64,000 nucleotides of DNA from Vicinamibacteria bacterium (GTDB lineage Bacteria > Acidobacteriota > Vicinamibacteria > Fen-336), in contig JAMQGV010000015.1 in the NCBI GenBank assembly GCA_025994075.1, positions 45,091 through 109,090 of the forward strand, in the 5' to 3' direction. How positions within the stretch are numbered: the stretch's first letter is position 1; every line of letters begins with the position of its first letter. The notes beneath the pieces are model-generated. The model was not told where the DNA came from, did not search any database, and worked only from the letters and a program-made list of their open reading frames with translations. Of this stretch, positions 47,292 through 57,273 are shown piece after piece. A program made the position numbers and the translations under genes.

Positions 47292-47938
47292 CAGCGCGGC
47301 GGCTCCGGCAACTCCGCGAGCACCGAGCTGCCGGCGCTGACCCGCTGGCCGACCTGCACCCGCATCGTCGTGCCGGCGGGCACGAAGACGTCCATCCGCG
47401 AGCCGAACTTGATGAGGCCGATGCGCTCGCCGCGCGAGACCGCGTCGCCGGGCTTCTTGCGGAGCACGATGCGGCGCGCGATCAGCCCCGCGATCTGCTT
47501 GAACGCGATGCGATGGGGCCCGTCCTCGACGATCACCAGGTTCTGCTCGTTGCGCAGCGAGGCCTTGTCGTCGAAGGCGGGCAGGAACTCGCCCGGGTTG
47601 TACCGGACGTCGGTCACCGTGCCGGCGATCGGCGAGCGGTTGACGTGGACGTCGAACACGGAGAGGAAGATCGAGACCTGCCACGCGCCGGGGCCGAGCG
47701 GGTTGCCGAGCGGGTGGCCTTCCGGGGCCGGCATCACCTGCACGACCTTGCCGTCGGCGGGCGAGATCACGAGCCGGGGATCGGTCGGCGTCGTGCGTTC
47801 CGGGTCGCGGAAGAAGAACGCGCAGAACAGGCCGAGGAAGGCGAGCACGCCGCCGACCCACGGGAAACGGAGCGCGACGATGCCGCCGGCCAGCAGCAGC
47901 ACGGCGATGTAGGGCCAACCTTCGCGGGCGATGGACAT
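47291..47938 (-). CDS. psd: Phosphatidylserine decarboxylase (short, membrane-anchored type)
   Basis: 215 aa. It carries FFRDPER, SVFDVHVNRSP and the self-cleavage region IKFGSRMD. Confidence 0.88.
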   Translation of the reverse strand: MSIAREGWPYIAVLLLAGGIVALRFPWVGGVLAFLGLFCAFFFRDPERTTPTDPRLVISPADGKVVQVMPAPEGHPLGNPLGPGAWQVSIFLSVFDVHVNRSPIAGTVTDVRYNPGEFLPAFDDKASLRNEQNLVIVEDGPHRIAFKQIAGLIARRIVLRKKPGDAVSRGERIGLIKFGSRMDVFVPAGTTMRVQVGQRVSAGSSVLAELPEPPR

Positions 47939-48047
47939 CCTGTCTTCGAAACAAAAAGGGCAGAGGACCGCGGATCTCGTCGAGAACCGGGGTCCCCCGC
48001 CGGTCGTGGCCGAGGCGCCCGCCGTCGCCGGCGGCGCGCCCCAGGTG

Positions 48048-48275
48048 TCAGTGGGCCCGGCTGCGGAACTCCCGGGCGATGGACTCCATCCGGTCCTTCA
48101 GCTGGAGCTTCTTCTTCTTGAGCGTCGCTTCTTCGAGCTGCTCCTCGTCGGAGAGCACGATCTTGTCGGTGAGCACTTGCAGGCGGGCGTCGAGCGAGTG
48201 GTGCTCGTCGGCCAGCCTGCGGTATTCGTCGTTGTCGAGAAGCTCCTGGCTCGAAGCTTCGGCCTGACTCGTCAT
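48048..48275 (-). CDS. DUF465 (YdcH-like) small coiled-coil protein
   Basis: It carries YRRLADEHHSLDARL....LSDEEQLEEATLKKKKLQLKDRM. I place the start at the internal ATG (MTSQAE...). The track ORF starts 20 codons earlier. Confidence 0.65.
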   Translation of the reverse strand: MTSQAEASSQELLDNDEYRRLADEHHSLDARLQVLTDKIVLSDEEQLEEATLKKKKLQLKDRMESIAREFRSRAH

Positions 48276-48351
48276 CTGCACCTCCACTGGACCGCATTCC
48301 GAGGTGAGACCGTCGATCCGAGGGGACGCTAGCACCGGGCGGCCGGCGATT

Positions 48352-48798
48352 TCAAGGCGGACCGATGGCGCGTCGCAGCACGAGCGCGTCTTCGGGCGGC
48401 CGCGTGTAGTACCCCGCCCGGCGCCCGACCTCGGCGAAGCCCAGCCCTGCGTAGAGCGAGCGCGCCGCCGCGTTGCCGAGGCGCACCTCGAGCCAGGCCG
48501 CGGCCGCCCCGGCCGCGCCGCCCGCCGCCAGCACCTCCGAAAGCAGCGCGCGGGCGAGGCCCCGCCGCCGGAGATCGGGATCGGTGCCGAGCTGGAGGAT
48601 CTCCAGCTCCCCGAACACGACGCGGAAGGCGCAGAAGGCCGCCAGCGCGCCGCCGTCGCGGAACACGAGGGTGGCGTTCGGCGGCGAGGCGGCGAGGTGG
48701 GTCGCGAAGGCCTGCTCGCTCCAGGCCGCGGGGTTGCACCGCGCGTCGAGGGCCGCGAGGGCGGCCGCGTCGGCCGGCGTCGCCGGGCCCGCGATCAC
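48352..48798 (-). CDS. rimI: Ribosomal-protein-alanine N-acetyltransferase (GNAT)
   Basis: It has the GNAT core ILQLGTDPDLRRRGLARALL and NAAARSLYAGLGFAEVGRRAGYY. The GTG start overlaps the tsaB stop (GTGA), giving the classic tsaB-rimI pairing. Confidence 0.8.
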   Translation of the reverse strand: MIAGPATPADAAALAALDARCNPAAWSEQAFATHLAASPPNATLVFRDGGALAAFCAFRVVFGELEILQLGTDPDLRRRGLARALLSEVLAAGGAAGAAAAWLEVRLGNAAARSLYAGLGFAEVGRRAGYYTRPPEDALVLRRAIGPP

Positions 48799-49445
48799 CG
48801 GCTGGCGGCGACCGCCGCCGGGCGCGCGTAGATCGGCCGCAGTTCGCCGGCGGTCCCCGCGTGTCCCGCGGCGAACGCCTCCACGGCGGCGCCCGCCAGC
48901 GCCCCGGCGAGGAACGGCGAGCGGGCGACGAAGCGGACGCCGGCGTCGGCCAGGGCCGGACGCGCGAGCTCCATCCCGTCGCCGGTCACGATCGTGCCCG
49001 GCTGCACCCGGCTCCGCAGCGCCTCCGGCGTCAGCACCTCGACGTCGCCGCAGGGCCGCGCCTCCGCGTCGTGGAACGCGACGTAGAGCTCGCCGCGCCA
49101 GGCGTCGCGAACGGCCACGATCGGCCCGCTCCCCCGCGCGCGGCGCGCCATCAGCAGCAGCGCCGACAGCCCCAGGCACGGCTTGCCCCAGCCCAGGGCG
49201 AGCCCCTGGACCGTGCCCAGTCCGATCCGCAACCCCGTGTACGAGCCGGGCCCCGCCACGGCCGCCAGCCCGTCGACCCGTTCCGGCGCGAGCCCCTGGT
49301 CACGGAGCAGGAACTCGATCCGGGGCAGCACCTTCGTGGAGTGCAACGCCTCCCCCCCGCAACGCAACTCCGCCAGCAGCCGGTCGCCCGACTGGAGGGC
49401 GATCGAGGCGTGGGGCGAAGAGGTGTCGACGGCGAGGACGATCAT
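48795..49445 (-). CDS. tsaB: tRNA threonylcarbamoyladenosine biosynthesis protein TsaB
   Basis: It starts [10 protein letters not shown] and carries [14 protein letters not shown]. It lies in-frame within track ORF 48795..49592. Confidence 0.85.
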   Translation of the reverse strand: MIVLAVDTSSPHASIALQSGDRLLAELRCGGEALHSTKVLPRIEFLLRDQGLAPERVDGLAAVAGPGSYTGLRIGLGTVQGLALGWGKPCLGLSALLLMARRARGSGPIVAVRDAWRGELYVAFHDAEARPCGDVEVLTPEALRSRVQPGTIVTGDGMELARPALADAGVRFVARSPFLAGALAGAAVEAFAAGHAGTAGELRPIYARPAAVAASR

Positions 49446-49452
49446 CGGTCGC

Positions 49453-49470
49453 GCGGAGCTTATACTCCGC
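49453..49470. promoter_or_regulatory. Inverted repeat GCGGAG-cttata-CTCCGC containing a TATACT -10-like hexamer (49461..49466)
   Basis: It lies in the 55-nt divergent gap between tsaB and mutS. The hexamer is 35 nt upstream of the mutS ATG. Confidence 0.25.
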
Positions 49471-49500
49471 ACTCCCGCCGGTCGACCCCGAACGGAATCG

Positions 49501-52149
49501 ATGAGCAAAGCCACGCCGCCGCAGACGCCGGCCATGCAGCAGTACCAGCGCATGAAGGCGGAGCACCCGGATGCCCTGCTCTTCTTCCGCATGGGCGACT
49601 TCTACGAGCTCTTCTTCGAGGACGCCGTGGTCGCGGCGCGCGCCCTCGACATCGCGCTCACCTCGCGCAGCAAGGACCACGCGGGCGAGCCGATCCCGAT
49701 GTGCGGCGTGCCCCACCACGCCGCGCAGGGCTACGTCTCGCGGCTGGTCAAGCTCGGCCTCTCGGTCGCCGTCTGCGAGCAGATGGAGGACCCGAAGGCG
49801 GCCAAGGGCGTGGTCCGGCGCGAGGTCGTTCGCGTGGTCACGCCAGGGACCCAGGTCGACGGCGGCGTGCTCGAGGGCGGCGAGACCTCGTTCGTGATGG
49901 CGCTGCTGCCCGGCCCGGATGGCCTCGGGGCCGCTTACCTGGAGGCCACGACCGGCGAGTTCGTCGCCGCGCAATGGACCGGCCCCGACCGCCTGGCGCG
50001 GCTGCGGGACGACCTCGGCGCGATGCGCCCGCGCGAGGTGCTGGTGCCGAGCGGGGCCCCGCTCCCGCCGTGGCTCGACGACCCGGCCCAGCCCGAGGCC
50101 GCGATCCCTCGCCGCGAGCTCGACAACCGCGCGTTCGACGCGCGCACGTCGCGCCACGAGTTGCTCGGCCACTTCGGCGTCCAGAACCTGACGGCCTTCG
50201 GCTGCGAGGACCAGCCGCTGGCCGCGGCGGCTGCCGGCGCCGCCCTGCGCTACGTGCGCGAGACCCAGAAGCGCGACCTCGGCCACGTCACCTCGCTGCG
50301 CACCCGCGACGAGGCGGACCAGGTCGCCCTCGACGCCCTGACCCGCCGCAACCTGGAACTCGTCGAGAGCCTGCACGACGGCTCCCGCCGCGGCACCCTG
50401 CTCGACGTGCTGGACCACACCCGCACCGCGATGGGCGCCCGCCTGCTGCGCGACTGGCTGCTGCGGCCGCTGCGCCAGCTCGAGTCGATCCAGGACCGGC
50501 TCGACGCGGTCGAGGAGCTGGCGTTCCGCACCGTGGAGCGCGGCACGCTGCGCGAGGCGCTGGGCGGCGTCCAGGACCTCGATCGCATCATGGGCCGGGT
50601 CACCCTCGGCGCGGCCTCGCCGCGCGACGTCTCCGCCCTGCTGCGCTCGCTGCGGGCGATTCCCGAGATCGAGGCCGCGACCGTCGAGAACCTGGCCCCG
50701 CTCGTGCGCGGGGCCCGCAAGGACCTCGATCCCTGCGCCGACCTGTGCGAGGCGATCGAGCGCCTCGTGGTCGAGGAACCGCCGGCGAGCCTGCGCGACG
50801 GCGGCGTCGTGCGCGACGGCGCGGACCGCGAGCTCGACGAGCTGCGCGAGATCAGCCGCGGGGGCCGCACCACGATCGCCGCGATCGAGGAGCGCGAGCG
50901 GCAGCGGACCGGGATCGGCTCGCTCAAGGTGCGCTTCAACCGCGTGTTTGGCTACTACATCGAGATCAGCAAGTCGAACCTCGCGCTGGTGCCGTCGGAC
51001 TACATCCGCAAGCAGACCGTGGCCACCGGCGAGCGCTTCGTGACGCCCGAGCTCAAGGAGTACGAGGACAAGGTGCTGCGGGCCGACGAGCGGATCCTGG
51101 CCCGCGAGGCGGCCCTGTTCGAGGAGCTGCGCCAGTCGCTGTCCGCGGCGGCCGCCCGCATCCAGCAGACCGCACGCGCGGTGGCGGCGATCGACGTGCT
51201 GCAGTCGCTGGCCGAGGCGGCCACCCGCCACGACTACGTGAAGCCGCGGCTGTCCGACCAGGTCGAGCTGCACTACGTCGAGGGCCGGCACCCGGTGGTC
51301 GAGCGCGCGCTCGACGAGCCGTTCGTCGCCAACGACCTGAAGATGGGCGACGGCGCGCCGCGGGTCTTCGTCGTCACCGGCCCCAACATGGGCGGCAAGT
51401 CGACCTTCCTGCGCCAGACCGCGCTGATCACGCTGCTCGCCCACGTCGGCTCGTTCGTGCCGGCGCGCGACGCCCGGATCGGGCTGGTCGACCGCATCTT
51501 CACCCGCGTCGGGGCCTCCGACCAGATCCTGCGCGGCCAGTCGACGTTCATGGTCGAGATGCAGGAGACCGCCCACATCCTGCGCCACGCGAGCGACCGC
51601 TCGCTGATCCTGCTCGACGAGATCGGGCGCGGCACCGCGACCTTCGACGGCCTGTCGATCGCCTGGGCGGTCTCGGAGCACCTCGCGCGCGACGCGGAGC
51701 GGGCGCCGCGCACGCTGTTCGCGACGCACTACCACGAGCTCGTGGACCTCGCCGCCGACCTGCCCGCCGTCGGCAACCTGCACGTCTCCGCGCGCGAGTG
51801 GAAGGACGGCGTCGTCTTCCTGCGCAAGATCGAGCCGGGCGGCTCCGATCGCTCCTTCGGCATCCAGGTCGCCCGCCTCGCGGGCCTGCCCGCCGGCGTC
51901 GTCGCCCGCGCCCAGGAGATCCTGCGCAACCTGGAGCGCACGGAATTCGATCGCGAGGGGCGGCCGCGGCTCGCCCACTCCGACGCCGCGCCCGCCGCGG
52001 GCGTCCGCCAGCTCGCGCTGTTCGCCGGGCCGGAGGACGAGGTCGTGCGCGAGCTGCGCGGCCTCGACCTCGACCGCACCAGCCCGATGGAGGCGCTGGC
52101 CCTGCTGGCCGAGCTCCAGAAGCGGCTGGGCGGCTCGGGACGGAGCTAG
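49501..52149 (+). CDS. mutS: DNA mismatch repair protein MutS
   Basis: It starts [34 protein letters not shown] and has Walker A ([13 protein letters not shown]) and [10 protein letters not shown]. The ATG at 49501 lies inside track ORF 49183..52149. Confidence 0.95.
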   Translation: MSKATPPQTPAMQQYQRMKAEHPDALLFFRMGDFYELFFEDAVVAARALDIALTSRSKDHAGEPIPMCGVPHHAAQGYVSRLVKLGLSVAVCEQMEDPKAAKGVVRREVVRVVTPGTQVDGGVLEGGETSFVMALLPGPDGLGAAYLEATTGEFVAAQWTGPDRLARLRDDLGAMRPREVLVPSGAPLPPWLDDPAQPEAAIPRRELDNRAFDARTSRHELLGHFGVQNLTAFGCEDQPLAAAAAGAALRYVRETQKRDLGHVTSLRTRDEADQVALDALTRRNLELVESLHDGSRRGTLLDVLDHTRTAMGARLLRDWLLRPLRQLESIQDRLDAVEELAFRTVERGTLREALGGVQDLDRIMGRVTLGAASPRDVSALLRSLRAIPEIEAATVENLAPLVRGARKDLDPCADLCEAIERLVVEEPPASLRDGGVVRDGADRELDELREISRGGRTTIAAIEERERQRTGIGSLKVRFNRVFGYYIEISKSNLALVPSDYIRKQTVATGERFVTPELKEYEDKVLRADERILAREAALFEELRQSLSAAAARIQQTARAVAAIDVLQSLAEAATRHDYVKPRLSDQVELHYVEGRHPVVERALDEPFVANDLKMGDGAPRVFVVTGPNMGGKSTFLRQTALITLLAHVGSFVPARDARIGLVDRIFTRVGASDQILRGQSTFMVEMQETAHILRHASDRSLILLDEIGRGTATFDGLSIAWAVSEHLARDAERAPRTLFATHYHELVDLAADLPAVGNLHVSAREWKDGVVFLRKIEPGGSDRSFGIQVARLAGLPAGVVARAQEILRNLERTEFDREGRPRLAHSDAAPAAGVRQLALFAGPEDEVVRELRGLDLDRTSPMEALALLAELQKRLGGSGRS

Positions 52150-52165
52150 ACTAGGTTTTGACCAG

Positions 52166-52585
52166 ATGCCGCTGCGCCGACCCGACCCGCTGCGCGACCT
52201 GCTGACGCTGCAGGAGCGGATGAACCGGCTCTTCGAGCAGAGCCTGGCGCGGCTCGACGAGCCGGTCCCGGCCTACGCCCACTTCTCTCCCGCCGCCGAC
52301 GTCTTCGAGACGACCGAGGGTTACGTCGTGGAGCTGGAGCTGCCGGGCGTGCGCGACGAAGACGTCGAGATCGTCGCGGACGAGCGGCGGCTGTTCGTGC
52401 GCGGCGTGCGCCGCCAGCTCGAGGGCCTGCGGCCCGACGGCTTCCACCGCGTCGAGCGCGCCCACGGCGCGTTCAACCGCCACTTCGAGTTCCCCGCCGC
52501 GATCGACCCCGACGCGGTGCGCGCGACGTTCGAGGACGGCGTGCTGCGCGTCGAGCTGCCGCGGCGCGGCGGCCCGCACGAGTGA
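52166..52585 (+). CDS. Hsp20/alpha-crystallin family small heat-shock protein
   Basis: 139 aa. It carries PAADVFETTEGYVVELELPGV and FEDGVLRVELPR. Confidence 0.88.
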   Translation: MPLRRPDPLRDLLTLQERMNRLFEQSLARLDEPVPAYAHFSPAADVFETTEGYVVELELPGVRDEDVEIVADERRLFVRGVRRQLEGLRPDGFHRVERAHGAFNRHFEFPAAIDPDAVRATFEDGVLRVELPRRGGPHE

Positions 52586-53664
52586 AGTCGAAGCGCGCGT
52601 TCGCCGTGGTCGTGCTGCTCGGCCTCGGATACGCCGCGGGCCTTCTCCAGGGCCGCGTCGACCCCGCCCCCGCGCTGGCGGCCCCGGGCGCCGGCCCCGA
52701 CTTCGCGGCGATCGCGCGGCTCGCCACGCCGGCCGTCGTCAACATCTCCGCAACGCAGCTCGTGCGCGCGGGCCGCTCCCCGTACAGCGCCGACCCGTTC
52801 TGGGAGTTCTTCGGCGGCGACCTTCCCTTCCGCGTCCCCCGCGAGGAGCGCCGCACCAGCCTCGGCTCCGGCGTCCTCGTGGACGCGGACGGCCTGATCG
52901 TCACCAACAACCACGTGATCGAGCGCGCGCGCCAGATCGCGGCGACCCTGTCCGACGGGCGTCGCTACCGGGCCGTGCTGGTCGGCACCGACCCCGCCAC
53001 GGACATCGCCGTGATCCGGGTCGAAGGCCGCTCGCTGCCGTCGCTGCGCTGGGGCGACTCGTCGAAGGTGGCCGTCGGCGAGTACGTGCTCGCCATCGGC
53101 AATCCGTTCCAGCTCAGCCAGACGGTGACGATGGGCATCATCAGCGCCGTCGGCCGCTCCAACGTCGGCATCGCCGACTACGAGGACTTCATCCAGACCG
53201 ACGCGGCGATCAACCCGGGCAACTCGGGCGGCGCGCTGGTCAACGTGCGCGGCGAGCTGATCGGCGTCAACACCGCGATCTACTCGGAGACGGGCGGCTA
53301 CATGGGCATCGGCTTCGCCGTGCCGGCCGCGCTCGCCAGCCACGTCGTGGAGGAGATCGTGCGCCACGGCCGAGTGCGGCGCGGCTTCGTCGGCATCACC
53401 CGCATCGCCCCGGTCGAGGCGCCCGCGACCGGAGCGCCGCCGCCGGGCGCCGTCGTCCTCGAGCTGCTGCGGGGCAGCCCCGCCGATCGCGCGGGTCTCG
53501 AACCCGGCGACGTGATCGTCTCGGTGGACGGCAAGCCGGTCGCCGGCGCTCCCGAGCTACGCAACCTGCTGGCCGGGGCCGCTCCCGGCGCCCGCCTCCG
53601 GCTGGGCATCGAGCGCGCGGGCCGCCGCGAGGAGCTGCGCGTCCAGGTCGAGTCCACGCCCTAG
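52582..53664 (+). CDS. HtrA/DegP-family trypsin-like serine protease with one PDZ domain
   Basis: 360 aa. It has a signal/anchor sequence and the catalytic triad: His (TNNHVIE), Asp (TDIAVIRV) and Ser (GNSGGALV). A C-terminal PDZ domain is present (GSPADRAGLEPGDVIVSVDG). The GTG overlaps the hsp20 stop (GTGA). Confidence 0.88.
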   Translation: MKSKRAFAVVVLLGLGYAAGLLQGRVDPAPALAAPGAGPDFAAIARLATPAVVNISATQLVRAGRSPYSADPFWEFFGGDLPFRVPREERRTSLGSGVLVDADGLIVTNNHVIERARQIAATLSDGRRYRAVLVGTDPATDIAVIRVEGRSLPSLRWGDSSKVAVGEYVLAIGNPFQLSQTVTMGIISAVGRSNVGIADYEDFIQTDAAINPGNSGGALVNVRGELIGVNTAIYSETGGYMGIGFAVPAALASHVVEEIVRHGRVRRGFVGITRIAPVEAPATGAPPPGAVVLELLRGSPADRAGLEPGDVIVSVDGKPVAGAPELRNLLAGAAPGARLRLGIERAGRREELRVQVESTP

Positions 53665-53734
53665 CGCCCGGGGCTCTGCCCCGCAGTGCGCTACCATCCC
53701 GCGGCTCTCCGCAACCAACGAGGAAAGGACGCGC

Positions 53735-55966
53735 TTGACGATCACGGACTCCCTGGCCGGCAGGACCATCTCCCACTACAAGGTGCTGCGACCGCTCGGC
53801 GCCGGCGGAATGGGGGTCGTGTACGAGGCCGAAGACACCCAGCTCGGGCGCCGGGTCGCGGTCAAGTTCCTCTCGGCCGAGTTGCAGCGCGACCCCGCGG
53901 TGCTCGAGCGGTTCCAGCGCGAGGCGCGCGCCGCGTCGGCGCTCAACCACCCGGGCATCTGCACGGTGCACTCGATCGAGCAGCACGAGGGCCAGCACTT
54001 CATCGTGATGGAGCTGATCGAGGGCGAGACGCTGGCCTCGCGGATCGGCCGCCAGCCGCTGCCCCTCGACCAGTTGCTCGACTTCGGCATCCAGATCGCC
54101 GACGCGCTGGAGTCCGCGCACTCCAAGGGCATCGTGCACCGCGACCTGAAGCCGGTGAACCTGATCGTCAACGCCCGCGGCCAGGTCAAGATCCTCGACT
54201 TCGGCCTGGCCAAGATCGCCGGCGTCACGAACTACGCGGAAGGTCCCGCGTCCTCCTCGCAGGTCGAGACCTCGCAGGAGCCGGGGCGTCTCACGGTCGC
54301 GGGCACGGTGCTCGGCACCGTCCACTACATGTCCCCGGAGCAGGCCCGCGGCCTGCCCACCGACGCCCGCACCGACCTGTTCTCGTTCGGCGCCGTCCTC
54401 TACCAGATGGCGACCGGCGAGCTCCCGTTCCAGGGCGACACCAACGCGGTCGTGTTCGACGCGATCCTCAACCGGCGCCCGCGGCCGCTACCCGAGGCCA
54501 ACCCGGCGCTGCCCGCCGCCCTCGACGCGGTGCTCGCCAAGGCGCTCGAGAAGGACCGGGTGCTGCGCTGCCAGAGCGCCACCGAGCTCAAGACCGACCT
54601 GCTGCGGCTCAAGCGCGACGTCGAGTCCCGCCAGCGCCAGGCCGACCTGCCGGACGCGCGCAGCAAGTCGGACCCTCACGCCGAGCGCTCCGTGGCCGTC
54701 CTCTACTTCGAGAACCTGAGCGGGGCGAAGGAGGACGAGTACTTCCGCGACGGCATCACCGAAGACATCATCACCGAGCTGTCGAAGATCAAGGGTCTCA
54801 AGGTGCTGTCGCGGCAGGCGGTGATGCCGTTCCGCGACAAGCCGGTGGCCACCGCCCAGGTCGGCCAGCAGCTCAAGGCCGCCTGCGTGCTCGCGGGCAG
54901 CATCCGCCGCGGCGGCAACCGGCTGCGCATCAGCGCGCAGCTCCTCGACGCCGGCACCGATTCGCTGCTGTGGTCCGAGCGCTACGACCGCGAGCTCGCC
55001 GACGTGTTCGAGGTCCAGGACGAGATCGCCCGCAAGATCGCCGGCGCCCTGCGCATCACCCTCTCGCCGCAGGAGCAGGCGGCCCTGGCCGCCAAGCCGA
55101 CGGAGAACCTGCAGGCCTACGACTTCTACCTGAAGGGCAAGGCGTACGCGCGGCGGCTGACCCGCCAGGACCTCGAGTTCGCGCTGCAGATGTACGCGAG
55201 CGCCGTCGGCCACGACCCGAACTTCGCGCTCGCCTACGCCGCGACGGCCAACGTCTGCGCCCAGTACCAGGGCGCCTTCGGCTCCGACCTGAAGCTGCTG
55301 GAGCGGGCCCGCGAGGCCGCCGCCAAGGCCATCGCGCTGCGCCCCGACCTGCCCGAGGCGCAGGTGGCGCAGGCCTGGATCCTGTACGCGCAGGGCGACC
55401 GCAACGACGAGGTGGTCGAGACGGCGCGCCAGGTGCTGGCGCGCCACGCGACCGAAGGCGCCCACTACCTGCTGCTGCGGGCGCTGTTCACGGCCGGGCG
55501 CTATCCCGAGGTCGCCGACATCGCAGAGGAGGCGATCGAGGCCAACCCGAGCGACTACAACGTCTACGTGCCGATCGGCAACGCGCTCAAGGCGCTGGGC
55601 AAGCTCGAGGCCCGCAAGAACCTGCGCCTGCGCCGCATCCAGGTGCTGGAGGCCCAGCTCCGCGACGTGCCCGAGGACGCGCGTGCCCGCATCCTGCTCG
55701 CTTCCGACTTCGCCGACGAGGGCCGCGCCGACGACGCCATGCGCGAGGCCAACGTGGCGATGGTGCTGCGCCCCAACGAGGCGTCCGTGCATTACAACGC
55801 CGCCTGCGTGTTCTGCAAGCTGGGGCGCAAGGCCGACGCGCTGGAGGCGATGCACAAGGCGCACCGGGCGGGCTACCGCGGCGGCGAGTGGGCCCGGCGC
55901 GACCCCGACCTGGCGCTGATCCAGGGCGACCCGGCATTCGAGACCCTGTTCCCCCCGCGGGCCTAG
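53735..55966 (+). CDS. Hanks-type Ser/Thr protein kinase with a C-terminal TolB-N-like plus TPR region
   Basis: 743 aa. It has GAGGMGVVYEA, VAVKFL, HRDLKPVN, DFGLAK and YMSPEQ. These are followed by SVAVLYFENLSG...DGITEDIITELSK and TPR-like repeats. The start is TTG, with an AGGAAAGGA Shine-Dalgarno sequence. Confidence 0.88.
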   Translation: MTITDSLAGRTISHYKVLRPLGAGGMGVVYEAEDTQLGRRVAVKFLSAELQRDPAVLERFQREARAASALNHPGICTVHSIEQHEGQHFIVMELIEGETLASRIGRQPLPLDQLLDFGIQIADALESAHSKGIVHRDLKPVNLIVNARGQVKILDFGLAKIAGVTNYAEGPASSSQVETSQEPGRLTVAGTVLGTVHYMSPEQARGLPTDARTDLFSFGAVLYQMATGELPFQGDTNAVVFDAILNRRPRPLPEANPALPAALDAVLAKALEKDRVLRCQSATELKTDLLRLKRDVESRQRQADLPDARSKSDPHAERSVAVLYFENLSGAKEDEYFRDGITEDIITELSKIKGLKVLSRQAVMPFRDKPVATAQVGQQLKAACVLAGSIRRGGNRLRISAQLLDAGTDSLLWSERYDRELADVFEVQDEIARKIAGALRITLSPQEQAALAAKPTENLQAYDFYLKGKAYARRLTRQDLEFALQMYASAVGHDPNFALAYAATANVCAQYQGAFGSDLKLLERAREAAAKAIALRPDLPEAQVAQAWILYAQGDRNDEVVETARQVLARHATEGAHYLLLRALFTAGRYPEVADIAEEAIEANPSDYNVYVPIGNALKALGKLEARKNLRLRRIQVLEAQLRDVPEDARARILLASDFADEGRADDAMREANVAMVLRPNEASVHYNAACVFCKLGRKADALEAMHKAHRAGYRGGEWARRDPDLALIQGDPAFETLFPPRA

Positions 55967-56005
55967 GGCAGCGCGACGCCGGAGCGGGGCCGAGAGGCGG
56001 ATTCG

Positions 56006-56563
56006 GTGCTGCCGCGCGAGTTCGACGGCGGGCGCCTGCGACGGCTGCGCCCGGCCGACCTCCTGGCCTTCCAGGCGTATCGCGCCCTCCCCGAGTGCGG
56101 CCGCTACCAGGGCTGGGTCCCGATGCCCGAGTCCGAAGCGCTCGCTTTCCTGAGAGAAATGGAGGCAGCCCCGCTCTTCACGCCCGGGCAGTGGGTGCAG
56201 TTGGGCATCGCCGAGTCGCTCTCGGACCGGCTGATCGGCGACATCGGGCTGCACCTCGCCGGCGACGGGGCCTCGGGCGAAGTCGGCTTCACGCTCGCCC
56301 CCTCGGCGCAGGGCCGCGGCATCGCCGGCCGGGCGGTGCGCGAGGCGGTCGACGTGCTCTTCGCGCTCACCCGGGCCACCCACGTGGACGGCGTGGCCGA
56401 CGCCCGGAACCTCCCGAGCCTCCGCCTGCTGGTTCGCCTGGGATTCCTCCTCGTGGAGACCCGGCCGGCCCTGTTCCGCGGCGAAGCGTGCGTCGAGGAG
56501 GTCTACCGCCTGCAGCGAGACGCCCGCCCGTGGGGACGGGGAGAGCCGACTAGCCCTCGGTGA
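56006..56563 (+). CDS. GNAT family N-acetyltransferase (RimJ/RimL-like)
   Basis: 185 aa. It carries EVGFTLAPSAQGRGIAGRAVREAV and RNLPSLRLLVRLGF. Confidence 0.75.
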   Translation: MLPREFDGGRLRRLRPADLLAFQAYRALPECGRYQGWVPMPESEALAFLREMEAAPLFTPGQWVQLGIAESLSDRLIGDIGLHLAGDGASGEVGFTLAPSAQGRGIAGRAVREAVDVLFALTRATHVDGVADARNLPSLRLLVRLGFLLVETRPALFRGEACVEEVYRLQRDARPWGRGEPTSPR

Positions 56564-57239
56564 CCTGCTCGAACGCCTTCTCGAAGTCGGCGCCGACGAT
56601 CATCTCGCGCGGCGTGACCTCGAGCAGGTGCTGGCGCTCGAGGTCCTTCAGCATGCGGGTCACGGTCTCGCGGGTCGTGCCGATGCGGTTGGCGATCTCC
56701 TGGTGGGTCGCGCGGCGGAACGAGATGCGCCCGTCCTTCAGCCGCTTGCCCTCCTCGCGCGCCATGTCGACCAGCACCCGCGCCACGCGCCCGTAGACGT
56801 CGAGCAGCGCCAGCGTGCTGATCTGGCTGTTGGCGCGGCGGAGGCGGGCCGACAGCACGCGCACGAGCCCGGCCAGGATGCTGGAGTGGCCCTGGATCAC
56901 CTGCTGGAAATCGGCGCGGGCCAGGCTCAGCAGCTCGGTGTCCTCGATGGCGACGGCCGTCGCCGAGCGCGGCTCGTCGTCGAGCAGCGACATCTCGCCG
57001 AAGAACTCGCCGGGGCCGATCACGGACAGGATCACCTCGCGCCCGTCGTCGCCCTGGATGCCGACCTTGACCCGGCCGCTGACGATCACGAACAAGGTGT
57101 CGCCGGGGTCCTTTTCGTAGAGGATCACGCCGCCCTTGCGATGCTGCCGCCGGCTGCACACGCGCGCCAGCGACTCGAGTTCGGCCGGCGTCAGCTCCGA
57201 GAAGATCGGAACCGAGAGCAGCAGCTCGCGATCCGTCAT
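56550..57239 (-). CDS. Crp/Fnr family transcriptional regulator
   Basis: 229 aa. It has a cNMP-binding domain (FGEMSLLD) and a C-terminal HTH (ATHQEIANRIGTTRETVTRMLKDL). It overlaps the convergent GNAT gene by 14 nt. Confidence 0.88.
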   Translation of the reverse strand: MTDRELLLSVPIFSELTPAELESLARVCSRRQHRKGGVILYEKDPGDTLFVIVSGRVKVGIQGDDGREVILSVIGPGEFFGEMSLLDDEPRSATAVAIEDTELLSLARADFQQVIQGHSSILAGLVRVLSARLRRANSQISTLALLDVYGRVARVLVDMAREEGKRLKDGRISFRRATHQEIANRIGTTRETVTRMLKDLERQHLLEVTPREMIVGADFEKAFEQVTEG

Positions 57240-57273
57240 GGACGATCCACCTCCAGCGGGAGCCGCGATGTTA

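Noticed and set aside
47939-48047. A possible intrinsic terminator between the DUF465 gene and psd (a T-run CCCTTTTTGTTTCG on the minus strand)
   Set aside because: I could not find a stable GC-rich stem immediately upstream of the T-run. Only 3-4-bp pairings such as GGGGaCCCC or GAG..CTC are available. It is more likely the psd ribosome-binding or leader region.
48861-52154. ORFs 48861..52154 (plus, 1097 aa) and 49300..51978 (minus, 892 aa) overlapping mutS
   Set aside because: These are low-complexity Arg/Pro/Ala/Gly translations. The mutS frame (49501..52149) has unambiguous MutS motifs. They are shadow ORFs.
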